Assembly (NCBI GenBank): GCA_022813965.1
Contig: JALDZS010000165.1
Coordinates: 1 to 52,323, forward strand
Origin: Toensbergia leucococca
Lineage: Eukaryota
Direction of reading: 5' to 3'
DNA length: 52,323 bases
The translations under genes and the position numbers were made by a program. Shown here in pieces: positions 23,690 to 37,439 of this stretch (the stretch's first letter is position 1; the number at the start of each line of letters is the position of its first letter). The notes beneath the pieces were generated by a model. The model did no database searches, was not told the DNA's origin, and saw nothing but the letters and a program-made list of their open reading frames with translations.

Positions 23690-24600
23690 CTTTGTGAAAG
23701 CGTGAGATTCTCAAAAGTCGCTCCCCCCTTTTCCAGGCCAATCCCACATCTGCAGGATGATCCTGTGAAAAAATCCTGGCAAAAATAATCCTGCAATCTC
23801 TCTCCATCGTGCAGACAATAGAAACATTAGGTTTTAAAAAAGAAGGGGAAAAAAAACAGATGAAAAAGGGGAATGAAATCCCCCTCCCCCCCTCAGGAAA
23901 ATCATGATAAAACACAATTCCCACAATTCAAAGCTCTTCAGGGCAGCAGAAAACCTTGCAGAATCACAATATTCTTCTCTTTCTTTCCCTTAGTTGTGAA
24001 AACCTCACAGATTGAGTGAATCTAAACTACCATTTACCTCATCTTAAAAAAATTATTATTAAAAAAACCCCCCTTTCAATCCTTATGCTCTTCTTTCTAT
24101 CATAAAAATCTGATGAACATTAGAACTTCCTCAAATTTAAGAGAAAAAAGTACATTGCATATCATCTCTCCCCTTATCTCTTACCTGACCCTCTCAATCA
24201 AAAAAAAATGATCTCAAGTTTTATTTTCTGAGGGAAAGTTCTGATGGCTCTATTTTTCCTGATTTTTTTTGTAACACGGCTATTCTATTATAGCCTTTGT
24301 TATAATAAATTGCGCCAAAAGTCCAGCGGGCTCACGGTCCCTCAAATTCGCCTCCTTTCAAATCTTTTATGCCTCAACATCTCCCGCTGCTTTTCTTCTT
24401 GTCACTCTGCCCTCATTCGCGCTATCATGAACCTCATGATTTTTTTCGTCTTGAAACGGATTGAAGAGACCTTTTCAAAGGCGCTGATCCCTATTTCTCA
24501 CACTGGGGTCATCTCGGTCCCGGTGATCGGGGGCTGGGGTAATTGATAATAATAATCATGTCCTGTTAGGTCTCTGATCGCTATTACTTGCATCTCTCAA
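23690..24600. other. AT-rich degenerate tract, probable eroded repeat/TE relic
   Basis: Sharp rise in AT, homopolymer runs, short ATCCTG repeats at 23760-23795, no credible ORF. Confidence 0.4.
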
Positions 24601-24661
24601 TGAGTGGTTGGGGGCTGAGGATGATTTCTTTTGGGGGGTCGGGGGGGGGGAGGATTTGAAT

Positions 24662-25720
24662 TTACCTTTGGACATTGCGGGTTCTTTTCCCTTTGGGAGC
24701 CGGTCGTTGCATCACGGGCGGCTTGAAAGGGTCGTTTTGAGGCCCGCCGACGAAGAAGCGCTTTTCGGCACCAGTCACTTTGTTATTCGCGCTGCATTTA
24801 GCATTTGTTGATGGAGTCCAAGGACCCAGTAACTTACTTTGATGAGCCCTCGAGCTCTCTCGGACGTTTGGGCCGAGTAGGAAGTTGTGATGATGCTGGG
24901 TTGATCCCTGGAGCGCAAAGATGGCATCGACAACGAATACTTTGAGTCCAGTCCATTGTTGGTTCAATGTCTGGTCGGTCCAGGTGCCGCGGATGTAGCC
25001 ATGACAATTGATCATCTTCTCCTCTGCCGGCCCCTGGAGCTGGGGCGTGTTGTGGGGAGTATCTGTGTGGAGGGTAAAGGTCTTCCAATCCACCCAGTCG
25101 GAAAATACGAGATTCGCTCCGCCGGTAATCTCACATGCGTCTAGGATGACGGAATCGCCTGGTATTTGATTGAAGAAACCTTGGACTTGTAGCTCGTTGG
25201 GTGTCTGAGGGGCCTAAGTTAGGGGTCATCAGCGACACAATTGTGGCATTTTGTAGACTGAGGACTCATGTAAAATAACCCATACATCAGGACTCTGGCC
25301 CTGCAATCTCAAAAGCCACACCGGAAGTGCTTTTCATTGCATGCTGTTGGTTTGACACGTTTTTCTTCTGGAACGAAAAGCTACGTGTCCGTGAAGAAGT
25401 TCTTCTAAACGCTCGAGATACTCGGTATAACTAAAGCCGTCACGATATCCCCTCGAGCGCTGAAAGGTCTGGTACGGTACACAGGGGACCGTAAGGCGAA
25501 CACAGGAACTGTTGACGTCGTCGATGCTATATTGCATGCATTCTTGTTTACCGTAGATTCTAGAATAGCATCGACTCGCAGAGTATGTGAAAACAGATTG
25601 TGGACGGCGCACAACCCTCGGGATCTCATCCATGGATTGAGTCTCCAAGACTAGTATAGTCCAGTCGTTGGAAGACTGAATGCGCTCAAATCGGTAGTAA
25701 CTTCGTGGAGGATTCTCATT
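24662..25720 (-). pseudogene. Degenerate gene of unknown family
   Basis: An open frame extends from a CTAAC/TAG acceptor at ~25215 (PQTPNELQVQGFFNQIPGDSVILDACEITGGANLVFSDWVDWKTF...) into ORF 24662-25093. The upstream segment has several stops. Confidence 0.3.
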
Positions 25721-25756
25721 TCTTCGTGCTTGAGTCCACCACTTCTCAACCGACTA

Positions 25757-27242
25757 TCAAAAAACATGAGAGAAGGTCTTTAGAAGGTATACGGCCAGGA
25801 CTACCAGGACTAGAATAGAGATACTTACATTACCGCTAGAATCTTCGACTTCTTCTTGCTCTCCAAGAAACATCCAAAGGTTAAAAGGCTTTTTCCTCGA
25901 GGCTCGCATTTGTTGTCGAGTTGCATCAGGAGGCCAATTAGGATTGTGATGCCGAGACTCAAAGAATTCTTGATCATATCCAACCAAGTCTTCGTCATTC
26001 TGAAAGACGCTCCAATCTCCCTCTTTCGCTTTGGCTTCAAGAAGCCGCCAGACCTTTGTGCGTCGGATTCTATCAGCCAGAAGCTCCAAAGACTGCCCAC
26101 TTTGCCCCTCTGGCGAATCTTCAAAGGCTTCTTGTGAAATCATCATTTCCAACTCCTTGGCACGGACAGCGATCTTGCAAGGCTTTTGAGGAAATGGATC
26201 CAAGGGAAATGCAGGCGTAAGCGTTATGTCGAACGATGGATCAAGATAAATCCGGCTATCTTCCCAGTAGTAATCAACACCGGGTGACTTAAGTAATGCC
26301 AGCTCGCCCTGCAAGGAAGTAGCCATGTGGTACCAAGTAGCGTTTCTGTTCTCTTTGGAAGTCTGATTGATACTATCTCCATCTAGCGTCTCCTGCAACA
26401 ATGTCTCGGCTTCAAGGTATTGCTCTTGACTGATATAGAAGTAAAGCAAGTTGTATACCGTCCCATTATCGGCCTTTCCGTATGCTTTCTTCTGGCCATT
26501 GAGTGCTTTTCGTAGAAAATATTCAGCTTTGTCCTCCAAGCCTTGTATTTTCCTCTCACAAGCGTATCTTTCCCCATCGCTCTTCCATCTCGCTAAGTAC
26601 TTCATTGATGACTTTCTCCTGGTCAGCCAAAACGGTGTCTTGATATAGTCCAGAATGGCTATTTTGATCAACAACATAGAACCTGGCCAAGCTCTCTCGA
26701 GTATTTTTCGAGTCTTGGTGGTCATGACCTAAGATATTCTCCAACTGAGGTAAGACACGGAGATACAAGGCCTCAACGTGTCCACGGTACCAAGTAGTTC
26801 TCATGTACGTTGCAAAGGCTGACATAGTATGAAGCATATTCAGATCCTCAGGCAAGTCCTTCGATTGAAGAGCTTCAGCAATGAAAACAGCATGTCCATG
26901 CCAACGATTGCTGTACTGCTGGGCAGCTTCTGGATATTGATTATAGAGTAATAGCAAGACATGCATGATGGTATGCCGGATGCGGATATCCAATAGAGGA
27001 TCCTTTCCCTCTTTCTCATGGAGGAGACTCTGCAGAAGACGGGCATAAGCGTGCAGAGCTTGATCAGATTGGTCTTGCTCCTGAAGCTGCTTTGCACGGT
27101 AGAAGGGTTCTTTTAATTCGTCCAGAATTTTCGAGTCCTCTGACGATGGATCTTTGTTGAGACGAAGCTCGTCGTTCCATCTCTTCTGTAATATATCAGG
27201 TAGTGGTCGAATACCTTGGCGATGTGGTGGACTTTGAGACAT
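25757..27242 (-). CDS. TPR-like (kinesin-light-chain-type repeats) protein with C-terminal transmembrane helix; frame break near 26560-26600
   Basis: EALYLRVLPQLENILGHDHQDSKNTRESLARFY in one frame and KAEYFLRKALNGQKKAYG...QEQYLEAETLLQE in the overlapping frame; C-terminal ISILVLVVLAVYLL. Confidence 0.6.
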
Positions 27243-28848
27243 GTTGGTAGTTGCAGTATTGAGGCATTTGAAATCTCATTTTGATTATCTCGGCCAACTT
27301 CATCAGGAGCGGCAACGTCGTGGGATCCAGAGTCGGAGATCACCTCTTCAAAAGCACACATTCTTGCTTCCCATCGTATAGAATCTCATAACACTAATGC
27401 CCAACTTCAAGACTTCAAAGATCTCTTAGTCTATACACTGTTATCTATGTTGTTGAAAACAAAGTCAGCGATTCAAAGGAGACAACATTCTATGTTAAAT
27501 AACAAGAACCAGGTCATGACTGCGCCGCTTCCTCAGGGAAATCTCAGAATGAGCTACTAACAAACTGACACCCCCTTTTGATACATCGACCCCCACCGGT
27601 GCCCAAATGAAAATACATCTCTACTTGAGAAAAAAGCATCCTTTACTACATCCCCAACAACCCATCTAATCGACTTCTCAGCCTCACAACCCCTCAGCAC
27701 ACACACCTTGACCCCCTCCCTCCCATTCACCCACCACACCTACTCAACCCTCAGTATCCCAACCTCACACACCTCACCCCACCACCCCCGGAAAACAAAC
27801 CCAAGACCTCCATTCCTACCCGTCCCTCAACCCACCACCTGCAGTACTTCCTGGCAACGCAAAGCTCAAATCCCATCCGTCCCGGCGTCAATTCCAGCGA
27901 CAGAGAACCTAGCAGCAACTCTTTCGTCACTAACACTTGATATAACCCCCTTCCAACTTTTTGTATTTCTCCGTGTAATACAGGGGCTGAGAATAGCACG
28001 TTGATCAGATGTGTCATGTGTTTAAATGATTACCGAGTATACGTTGGCCGACTCATAAAATGTTTTGACTGGATTTTGATGTTGGAAAAAGTATGTGGAG
28101 GTGGACAAGGGAGACAGAGCGATGGAATCATCGTCGTATAATGTAAAACACAATAAGCAACGAGTCTACATCAAAATCACCATTTCCTCAACCAGAAAAC
28201 CCCCCTAATCACATTCAAATCACAAAGTACACGATCATGAAGATTTTCATATAAATCTAAATCTATCCCGTCCACTCCAATATTCAAAACCAAAACTCAC
28301 CCGTCCCGCTTCCTACAACTCAAAGACTCACAGCAAACGCGCTCACGAAGAGTATATACTTTTTACATTCACCAACACCCCTGAAGCGAATGTCTAGCAA
28401 GCAAACAAAAGAAAAGCCATTGAGCAGATATAACAAAACAAGTAGATAACTGGAAGCAGTGTTGGGTATGCAAGTATAGCGAATAGATGAAAATCAACAC
28501 AAAGATAGAAAACCCCAAACTCCAGAACGAACCTCTCTCCCAACAAAGGAAAATCTTAGACATGGAGGAGAACTATAAGGGAGATGGAGAGATGTGTGCG
28601 TCGCAAGAGAGAGGATGAGAGGTCGGTAAAAATAAATACACCTCGAAAAAATAGACTCCGATTTCCCCCAACCAAAAGAATAGATCTTGATTGTGATTCA
28701 TAGATCGTAAGTTTTGAAAGCAGACTTCGTATCCTCTTTGCCCATGTCAGCTTAACACCAGCTACCCTCAACCTCACAGCCTTAGCTGATTGCTCGGCTC
28801 TCCCTTCCACAAGAAGCTTCGATTCCGATAAAAAGCTTCTAGACTAAT

Positions 28849-30703
28849 TCATTCAGATATAGGCGATGGACATTTCTTCAGCGTCCTCGTCCCATCCGCC
28901 CGCCTGTAAGAAAGCATCTTCAAGTTCGGCAACTCGTACTCATCTTCCAGGCTGCCATCTTCAGCCTCCACCTGAGGGACATCTTGGCCCTGGTTGGCGA
29001 TGCTGGGTCGCATTCCGCTGTGCATGGGCTGCTCCAGATGGACCGAGTCGAATACAGCGGAGAAAGATCGCTTCGGATTACGCGCAGAGCTGGCGGTTGC
29101 GGATTGTGGGGTGGTTACAAGGGGTGGAGCGTATTTGGTCTGTGCGCTGTCGTAGTTGCCGCCTGCTGAGATTGCGCTTATTGGCGTGGGTTGCTCATAT
29201 TTCTTTTCCAAGACAGGCTGAATGGTTGTCAAAGGGGGTAGTGCATGACTGTTCGTGGTTCCGCTTCTTGGAGGGGGAGCTTGCACGGATTGTGGGTAGT
29301 ATGTTTGTTGCATTGATGTGTGACGGTTGTCGACTTGGATGTACGGGTTCACAACCTGGCCTTGGTACGATTGATGACTCTGGGACGAGTCACGTCGATA
29401 ATCTGATATTGGTCTATAGTCGTTATTGTCATTGTACACTTGAGAAGATGGATAGGGTGGGTGTTGAGGTGTCTGCCTCGGATCGTAACCATAACTCTGC
29501 GGATTGGACATTTGTCGAACATGTGTGGTCTGTGGGTATTGGTAGCTTGCACCGTTCTGACCATAGGGAAATTGCACTTGAGCTGCAGCTCCGTTGGGAG
29601 GGGGGTACGCAGGGACTTGATAATGAGAATTAGACAGTCCGCCGAATGATAGATGAGAAGTGAATCCGTTATTGGTAGCTTGGCTGACAGGTGTGGGTGG
29701 GACACCTTGGTGGTAGTTGGGTTGATTGTGATAAGACATGTCTTGCATTGAAGGTCGACGCTGCTCTGCACCATATGAAGGCGGCATGTCGATGCTCCCA
29801 TTACTGACGGACCGCTGTCTTTGCGATTGAGTCTGAGTAAACATCTCCGGAGTTGCGAATCGATCAGGACGTGGATAACCGTTCTCCTCATACTCGTCAT
29901 CGAAGCCTTTGGTAGATTTCGTGTCACGACGTCTCATGCGCACATCACGCCTAATACGAACACGGCAGCCTTGCTCAGCAACAACGCGGCTTAGAGCAGT
30001 GCTTTCGGCTAGGCCAGGAAATTTCTTTGCACTAAAGACCATAAATGGCTCTGATTTGACTTCAAGACGGAAATGTACATGGGCCTGAGGTGCCATTGGA
30101 TTACTTCGTAAGACCTTGTTTGCTGCGTTGTCCGGGCTTGCCGTGACTGGGTCAGCGTCGGAATCTTTCGACTCCTTGAGCTCTTCGAAAAGGTTGAAGC
30201 TCAGCCTATACTTTCCCTCATGCCGTACAGACAAATCTGGAAAAATGAAGTAGCCTGCAGGACTTGGACGATCAAGATATGCCATACCAGCAACAGGCAT
30301 GCCAGTGAGGACGGGAAAAGGAGCTTGGACTGCAGGAACACGACCCTGGGCGATAGGTCGAGCGGATTCCAGAGTTGTGTAAAGAAAGAAATTGGCATTA
30401 TGTGAGAAGGTGACATCGCTTTTAGTCTCGCCAGAACTTTCATAGATGCGAAGCTCGACGACTGGGGGAGGGTCGACTGGACGACGGTCTGCAGATGCTG
30501 GAGAAAGTCAGCTCGATAGACCTAGAAATTATCTCAATCCCACAGCTAATGACTCGCGACTTACATTTGGCACCTTGTCCACAAGCTCTGGCTCTCTCTG
30601 GTTGCTGAATTACATGCATCTCATAAGTCAACTTCTTCCCCTCTTTTGTCACCCGACTCGTCGTGCTCCTCGTCTCGTTGGTAACAGACATAACGCTTGC
30701 CAT
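28849..30703 (-). CDS. veA: Velvet protein VeA, developmental and secondary-metabolism regulator; intron 30498-30564
   Basis: [91 protein letters not shown]-terminal YRRADG. Confidence 0.97.
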
Positions 30704-32023
30704 GGTTATTTATCTCCGCCCTCGGCGAGTATTACTTGGTAAATTCCTGTTGAGGCTGTAGACGGCCAAGAAGATGCTTTTAATATATACACCCACGTGG
30801 AATACTAGACCATTCCGACAGAAGATTTTCAATGTGTCTTTTACAGAGACCTCTTTATTATTTTCCGACGTCAAACACTAAAGGCTCGGGGGTTTTCGAG
30901 CTGTCAGAGAAGTCGATCGGGGAAAATGACGCGGGGAGGATGTCGCACGCGATTCGTTGATTGTAGAGTACCAATTAGATAACCTGCAGCACCATTAGAC
31001 TTGTATGAGCACTCAAGACACTGGTGCTGTTGATTATATTGGGCAAGTATGGTGGTTGAAGGAAATGGATAGTGCGGCTTACGAGCGAATTGATTATTAC
31101 GATTGCAACAGCTAAATAGATTGACAGTCGTGGTTGTAGATGGAGAGATGGGCCAAGATCGGTGCAGAGCAGATGAAGGATGGTGAGTGGATTCGGTTTT
31201 GATGGTGCGACGATTCAACGAGGTTGGCGGCTATAGTGGGAGACCCGATCAATTCATGTATTCCCACAACCCGATGTGCGGGACGAACGATTCCCGAAGG
31301 CGGATTGCAAAGATCTGACCTCTAGAATGTATGAGCCGAAGGATGAAGACTTGGACTGTGATACTGTTGGACTCCGATATGGCTGACGAGAGACGCGGCG
31401 TGAGACAGGTCAGCGGTGAGGATTGGATAGGAGGCAGGATTCGGGGAGTGTGACGGATATGCGAATTGGACTTGGATTTGGATGCGAGGATGCATGGGCT
31501 ATTAGTTAATGGGGAGTTGGAGGCTTTAGCGTTGGATGTGTCGGTGGGACCCACCAAGGGAAGCAGGGCTAAGGTGTATTACTCTACTAATATCACTAGT
31601 ATCACTCCAGGCGAATCACAGGCCTCTCCGACCGGCCCCATTAACAGGATGAGCTTATCACTTGGCTATTGGTTCCAGTTATTCGGCCATCCATGACTGC
31701 GTGGCTGACATGATTCTAAGCCCAGCATCAGCTGTTATCCCTTTTCCCTTGCACATATTCTACTCTTGGTAGTACAAGCATTCACATTCGTCCAGGGAAG
31801 AGAAGGCTATGGTTCCCTGGCTTAACTATTCAAAGTGCTTTAGGTAGACCTTGTCTCGTGCAAGTCCAAGTGCAAAGCGGATGTGAACGAGGCATCCTAA
31901 GATGCGGAGACTCTTCCAAATACCTTACCGTGCATGATCTACCAGCGGAAAGGGAAAGGCTTCAGTAGTAGACGAGCCATACTCTATTCCGTTAGTCAGA
32001 ACTAAGTGTGTCGACTTTGGATG

Positions 32024-32042
32024 GATGATGATGATGATGATG
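32024..32042. repeat. (GAT)n microsatellite
   Basis: Read directly in the sequence. Confidence 0.8.
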
Positions 32043-35009
32043 CTGCTCGCTTGAAGCCGCACCCTTCTCTTAGTCTCTTAATTTCTTAGCGGAGTCCTAT
32101 TCCTATTTCCCGGCTCTCCCGCTCGACCCCTGCAAAACGCCCCATTATGTGGATCGTGCTTTTTCCTTTTTTCCTTTTTTCCTTTTTTCCTTTCCCCGAG
32201 ATTGTGTGGGAGCTACTGTAACCGAAGCTGAACACTTGAAAGGCTGAGCGAAGGCTGAAGACTGAGACTCGAAAACTAGGAACTGAGGAGTGAGGAGTGA
32301 GGAATGAGGAGGCACCTTACAAGTAATTCGTTCATGGTGTACCTGCCTTACTCAACATGCCAAGTCTACAGTTACATGTACCCTATGAGCTTGTCGCATG
32401 GCCCAAGTTCTGCTTCTCGCGTGCATCATTCGCGTGCAGCAGTCGCCTGCTTGGAATTCCCAACAACCCAATCAGCATACCCATAAACCTTCTGCTAACG
32501 CTATCGGCGCTCTGTCGCATCTTCGCATTCTGACTTCTGACAGGCTAATGTTGATAAGTACCAAGTATCAAGTATCAAGGGGGAGATTGAAAGTAGAATA
32601 AGGAGTAGTCCACCTCCGAATCTGTCATCTTGTTCTCGAGTCACACAAGGCGACAGAGGCTTGATTCGGCTTCTTCGCCCGACTACCCTGCCACATCGCA
32701 AACCACGGTTCGCACCTTGAAGTGGGATTCGCAATCTTTGATCTAGGCTAGGTATCTTCTAGGGGTTCATACAGCACCTCCTATCGGGGCTGTTCCTCAA
32801 GTCATAAAGGCAATCAGGCAACATTGATCAACCGGTGGTACTGATCTACCTAGTTCCTAGACACGGAGCGTTACTACCAACCGCTTCCACAATCCCAAAA
32901 CGGCCAAGGCGATGGCGACGGCCAATTCTTCCTCGATCGGATGGCTGAACTCTATTCTTGAAGCGATCGCCGCCGCCTCATAATATCCGCGCCTGTCAAG
33001 GCCCATCTTTATGAGCGGTTCATCCACGCGCCTTGCTCGATATGGACATGGTCATGTAGGCCCGTTGCTCTTGCATGCTTTGACCAAGCGGCTACTTGCT
33101 GAAGAAGATGCGAGTCATCTAGGATATTCTGATACGGTGTTACCTGCACAATCTGCTAAAGGCTGCATGAACATCTCCAATCGTTCAGGACAGATTCCTT
33201 CATCGATCCACACAATCCTTGAAGCCCCCGCATCTATGCCCTGCCATGCCTATTCATCCTTTTTTTCTTTGAGCCGCCGTCAGAAATGCAGAGATGTAGA
33301 GATGCAAAATGCAGACAATTTACCCACAGCCCTACTTTCTCTGTTTCATCTTGTACAACATTGCACGGATTTTAAAATATGGACTTCTGTCGGAAGAAGG
33401 CGACCGTTACTATACCAACCTTCACCTAACATCAAAAGCCATCAAAAGTCGTTTCCTCTCTTGTCAACGTCCTTGGCCAATAATCGACTGCAAACAATGC
33501 TAGAGCCACACTAGAACACGCTCTCGAGCCACCAGCCCATCATGTCTGAAGTTGCTCATTTGGTCTGGCTTTCAATTACAAGCCCTAAGCAATGAATCCA
33601 TCGAATAGGATTACGAGTCTCTTCTCCCCCTCCTCAATCTCCCTGCTATCAAATCCGACTACTACTGAACCCCTCCCCAATAAATCCCCGAAAGAACCCC
33701 TGCTATCTACAAACTTACTGGCCAACTGGCCACCATGCCTCAACCTGGCAAAAATCGCGCAACTGCAATCTGCTAGCGCACCATCACTACAATGAACCTT
33801 CAAATCACAGGACACTCTGCAACAACGCTCGTTCATACATTATCTAGGTTATCGTTGTTGTGCATGATCTAGGTAGGTGATTCAATCTCAACCTGGTCAA
33901 AGGCTGGAATGGTCTTGACAATACATCACCAGACCATACATAGTCTCGAAAGTATGCCACACCTTATCAGTTCATCACGACAAAAACGAATGAAATCCTC
34001 CTTTCAACGTGACACTGCTGTACGGAGAGGCAACAATTACAATCAAGTGGACCCGCCGTACGCCAGCTGTGACAAGAAGTATCAGTTCTGTAGAAATAGA
34101 GATAAAATAATCTTTGTTCGTAAAACAATGAATGAGCAGCCAAGGCAATCCATCACTTACAATCCAGTTCAATCAGTCCTGGAGCAATGGTCTTGTTCAT
34201 TTCTTTCACTTTGTGAAAATGCTTTCCCTCACGCTCATAACCAAGTCCCATGCTCCGAGCTGCCAAGTCTACATGTCCATTTCTCCCTAAAGCAAGTAGC
34301 TCTAAAGCAAGTAGCTCTTCCTTTTCATCCATTTCAAAAATGCACTCAAGCACCGACGCACTTAGCTGTCTCACCCTCTTTAACCCTGACACGCACTTCC
34401 TTTCGAACCCCACTCCATCCCTGATCACTCATCCCTCCTTTCATCTCATCATATCCCATTCGATCTCAGTCCACAAGTCGCTCTCTTTCATTCTACTCAC
34501 CCGACAAATAGAATCAATTGAACAAAAGAATGAAGCTGTAACCAGAAAGGCACGAAGACATATCCTAGTACCTGAAAGTGAACCCAATTTTCGAATGAGC
34601 ACTTTTCATTTCTTTGCTTTAAGAAGCTCTTGAGAATTGATGGATATGCAATGAAGTGTCATTACGACTGTTTCTGTTGCTACCACGAGAGAAACATAAG
34701 TTGAAACGAGTGAAGAAAATTGTAGAACAATACATGAAGCCGTAGGGAGAAACGAAGGGAGCTCGGGAGCCCTGTGAGCTAAATAGAATAAATAGGCTAG
34801 GCCAAATAGGCGAGATATGGGGTGTGGGGTTGAGGGTTGGTGTTTGTTGATTTCGATTTCAGGGTCCGAGGTCATCATTTGTGAAACCTCCAACTGCCGT
34901 GAATCTGATGAAATCCTCATCTTCATCTTCATCTTCATCCTCAATCTCAATACCTCAGAGCTGAGGGCTCTGCCTTTGTACATGTCTTCAATCCAAATCA
35001 CACAACATC

Positions 35010-37439
35010 ATGGAGTCAAGGGAACCATCCTCCCAGCTTCCGTCTGGAAAGTCCCAGGCACGTCCCGGCGAAGGTCCTCTTAACATGCAACTATCCGTTG
35101 CTAATGCGTCATTGCTTTCATAGGTCCACACTGAAGTCGACTACTCCAAAGATCTTCTAGCTCCCCCAGAATCTGATTTCAATTCTCCCGAGGATTCCTC
35201 AGTCATTCCTCGTAAACGTCCACACCAGACCACTCGCACAGTCTCCCTTGACGCGCCTCGAGATGACTCTCAAAATGATGTCAGCCTTGGAAGAGTTCAG
35301 CATGACCCTAAGAGGGTTCGAGCTACAAACTGGCCACTTAGAGCAACAATGGGGCAAGATGAGAATCATATCGACCCCCGCAAGCCATCCAAAGCCTCAC
35401 CTCCACCTCGTCATCACGGCCGTTTTACAAAGTCTTTTCGCCCATCCAAGTTTATTGAAGGTAGCATGAAAGATCGTACGAGTATGAGGCCCCCTAAAGT
35501 CTACACAGGGGAACAAGACGAACAAATAACGGCTGGCCTACCAACTTCACGACCAAGGCATCATAAGAGACATAGCTTTGACGATGGGGGAAAATTCTAC
35601 GACGCAGGCATAGACACCTCGAAGCCGTCTGGCATGTATCGATTTGGTAAAGCCATTGCCAATGTATTCAACGGTATCTGGAAAGAAAAAGACGAACATA
35701 CCATACCGGCACAGACTATCTTCCAAGAACGTCAGGTAAAGGCCGAAAAAGCCTATGCCGAGCTGAAGAAGACGGGATTCAAAGGAATGCAGGGTGCGTC
35801 GGTTCTTAGAAGCAGCGAAGATATACCTGCTGTCAAGTATGAGGATGTCAATAGCGATGCTCAGCCAGCTTTACATCGAGATTCTGGCATCGATGTAGAT
35901 GGATATCGCTCATCTTCCGAACGCAAGAGAGATGGACTGATCTTTGACACTGATGAAGCATTAGTACCTCCCCCCGCCATTACCGGATTTGGTCACTCCA
36001 CGAGTCCTACGTCTGAAGCAAGCTCTGGCAACAGATCATCGCTACGCCTAAGAAAAACATCTTTTCACAGCCTAAAATCAGTGAGATCACATCTTCAATT
36101 ACCATCTACGAAGAGAAAATCTACGCAACTTGAACCTGCTTCTCCCGCAGGATCAAATACCCCGAACGGCCAATTGCTGCGATCAGAGCCGTCAAGCAAG
36201 GACCTTGCAAAGCAGCAGAAGCTTAGCAAGAAAGTCAGTGACTTGGAGAATAAATTGGAAGTGGCTCGTCGAGACTTAAGGCTGGTGATGGGTGATCGGT
36301 CATCTAATTCTACATATCCGATTAAGATAAGGGCCAAGCCATTTCAACCAGGTGCTCTACCATCGCTGCCATCAGAGTCGATTCTCAATGGGCGGAATAG
36401 CAGCGTCTTGAGAGACAAGAATAGTAAAGCTCAGACAAGCCCTGATAAAATGTTTCAAGCTGTAGTAGAAAATTTGGTTGCTACAAATGTCTCACACTCA
36501 ATTGACCAAATTTATTCTTCGAACGTCGAAACCGCAACCGATAGCCAGCTTAAGCAAGAGTTAATTGCGAGTACCGATGCCAAGAAATTCAAGTCGAAGA
36601 AGAGAAAGAGCGCCCACGAATCTCGTGATGATACTATGAACTTTAAACCTACTAGCGATGATGACGACGATGCAGAATGGGACGCTGCTACAAAGACAAC
36701 GCCAAAGAAGAAGGCTGGAAAGGTTCGCAAATCGCAAAAGACGGAGAAGGATGACAGCCCAAGTCAGGATGCGAAGGATAATTCAAAACCAGAGAAACTC
36801 ACATCCAAGGGTAATAATGGTACCACCTCTAAGAACACCAAACACGAGGCATCAACCCCTGCCATGGCCTCAGTATTCGACTCTAGCAAAATCGACCAAG
36901 CTAAGATCCTTTCCATGCGCTCTAAAGCCAACCCCGAGATTCCCTTTGGCGAACTCTCCGACGATTTCGTGAACATTCGCAAAACATACCCTTCCATGAC
37001 ACATCATCAAGTGGTGACCTACCTCAGTACTCTCGAACCCATCAACAATAAGCCCTCGCACCAAAACTCCTCATCCGATCCTGCTCAGCTTCCCTCCAAA
37101 TACCTCACCCGTTTCCACTCCGCCTCCCCTTCTATACACCAACCTCCCTCCAACTCCCTCACACGTCCTCACTCTACCTCTCCCTCGAAACGTCTTCCCA
37201 AACCACCACTGCACAGCGTCTCCTCCTCAAGAAGCCCCCATCACACGACCACAGATCCAAAACATAAAGAAGCCCTCCCCGCAGATGATGTTGTCACCGT
37301 CAGTCCCTCCAAAGACTCGAACATCCCGCCGATGCCCAAGGTACCGCAGTCGCTGGAAGCGGATGTTGCAAAGGTGGATGTTGAATTTGTGAAGGCGATG
37401 AGGAAGGAGGAGTGGGAGTGGCCGGAGGATGTCTTTTGA
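35010..37439 (+). CDS. Low-complexity Ser/Pro/Lys-rich hypothetical protein with a coiled coil; probable GC-AG first intron 35058-35123
   Basis: 696-aa ORF whose frame stays open upstream to the acceptor at 35123. A 16-codon exon from ATG 35010 joins in phase 0. Motifs SKFIEGSMKDR, QQKLSKKVSDLENKL and C-terminal EEWEWPEDVF. Confidence 0.8.

Noticed and set aside
23313..23924. 203-aa minus-strand ORF and similar antisense ORFs (e.g. 28866-29633, 50299-50823)
   Set aside because: These are shadow frames of real genes with no recognisable motifs.
1..28000. Starship giant transposon
   Set aside because: No DUF3435 tyrosine recombinase or boundary repeats are visible, and ordinary intact genes are interspersed.
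14518..30703. Secondary-metabolite gene cluster around the desaturase, cyclase and veA
   Set aside because: No PKS, NRPS or terpene synthase backbone and no transporter are present.
33011..35001. ORFs of 127-171 aa upstream of veA
   Set aside because: No domain motifs or coding-like composition; probably chance ORFs.
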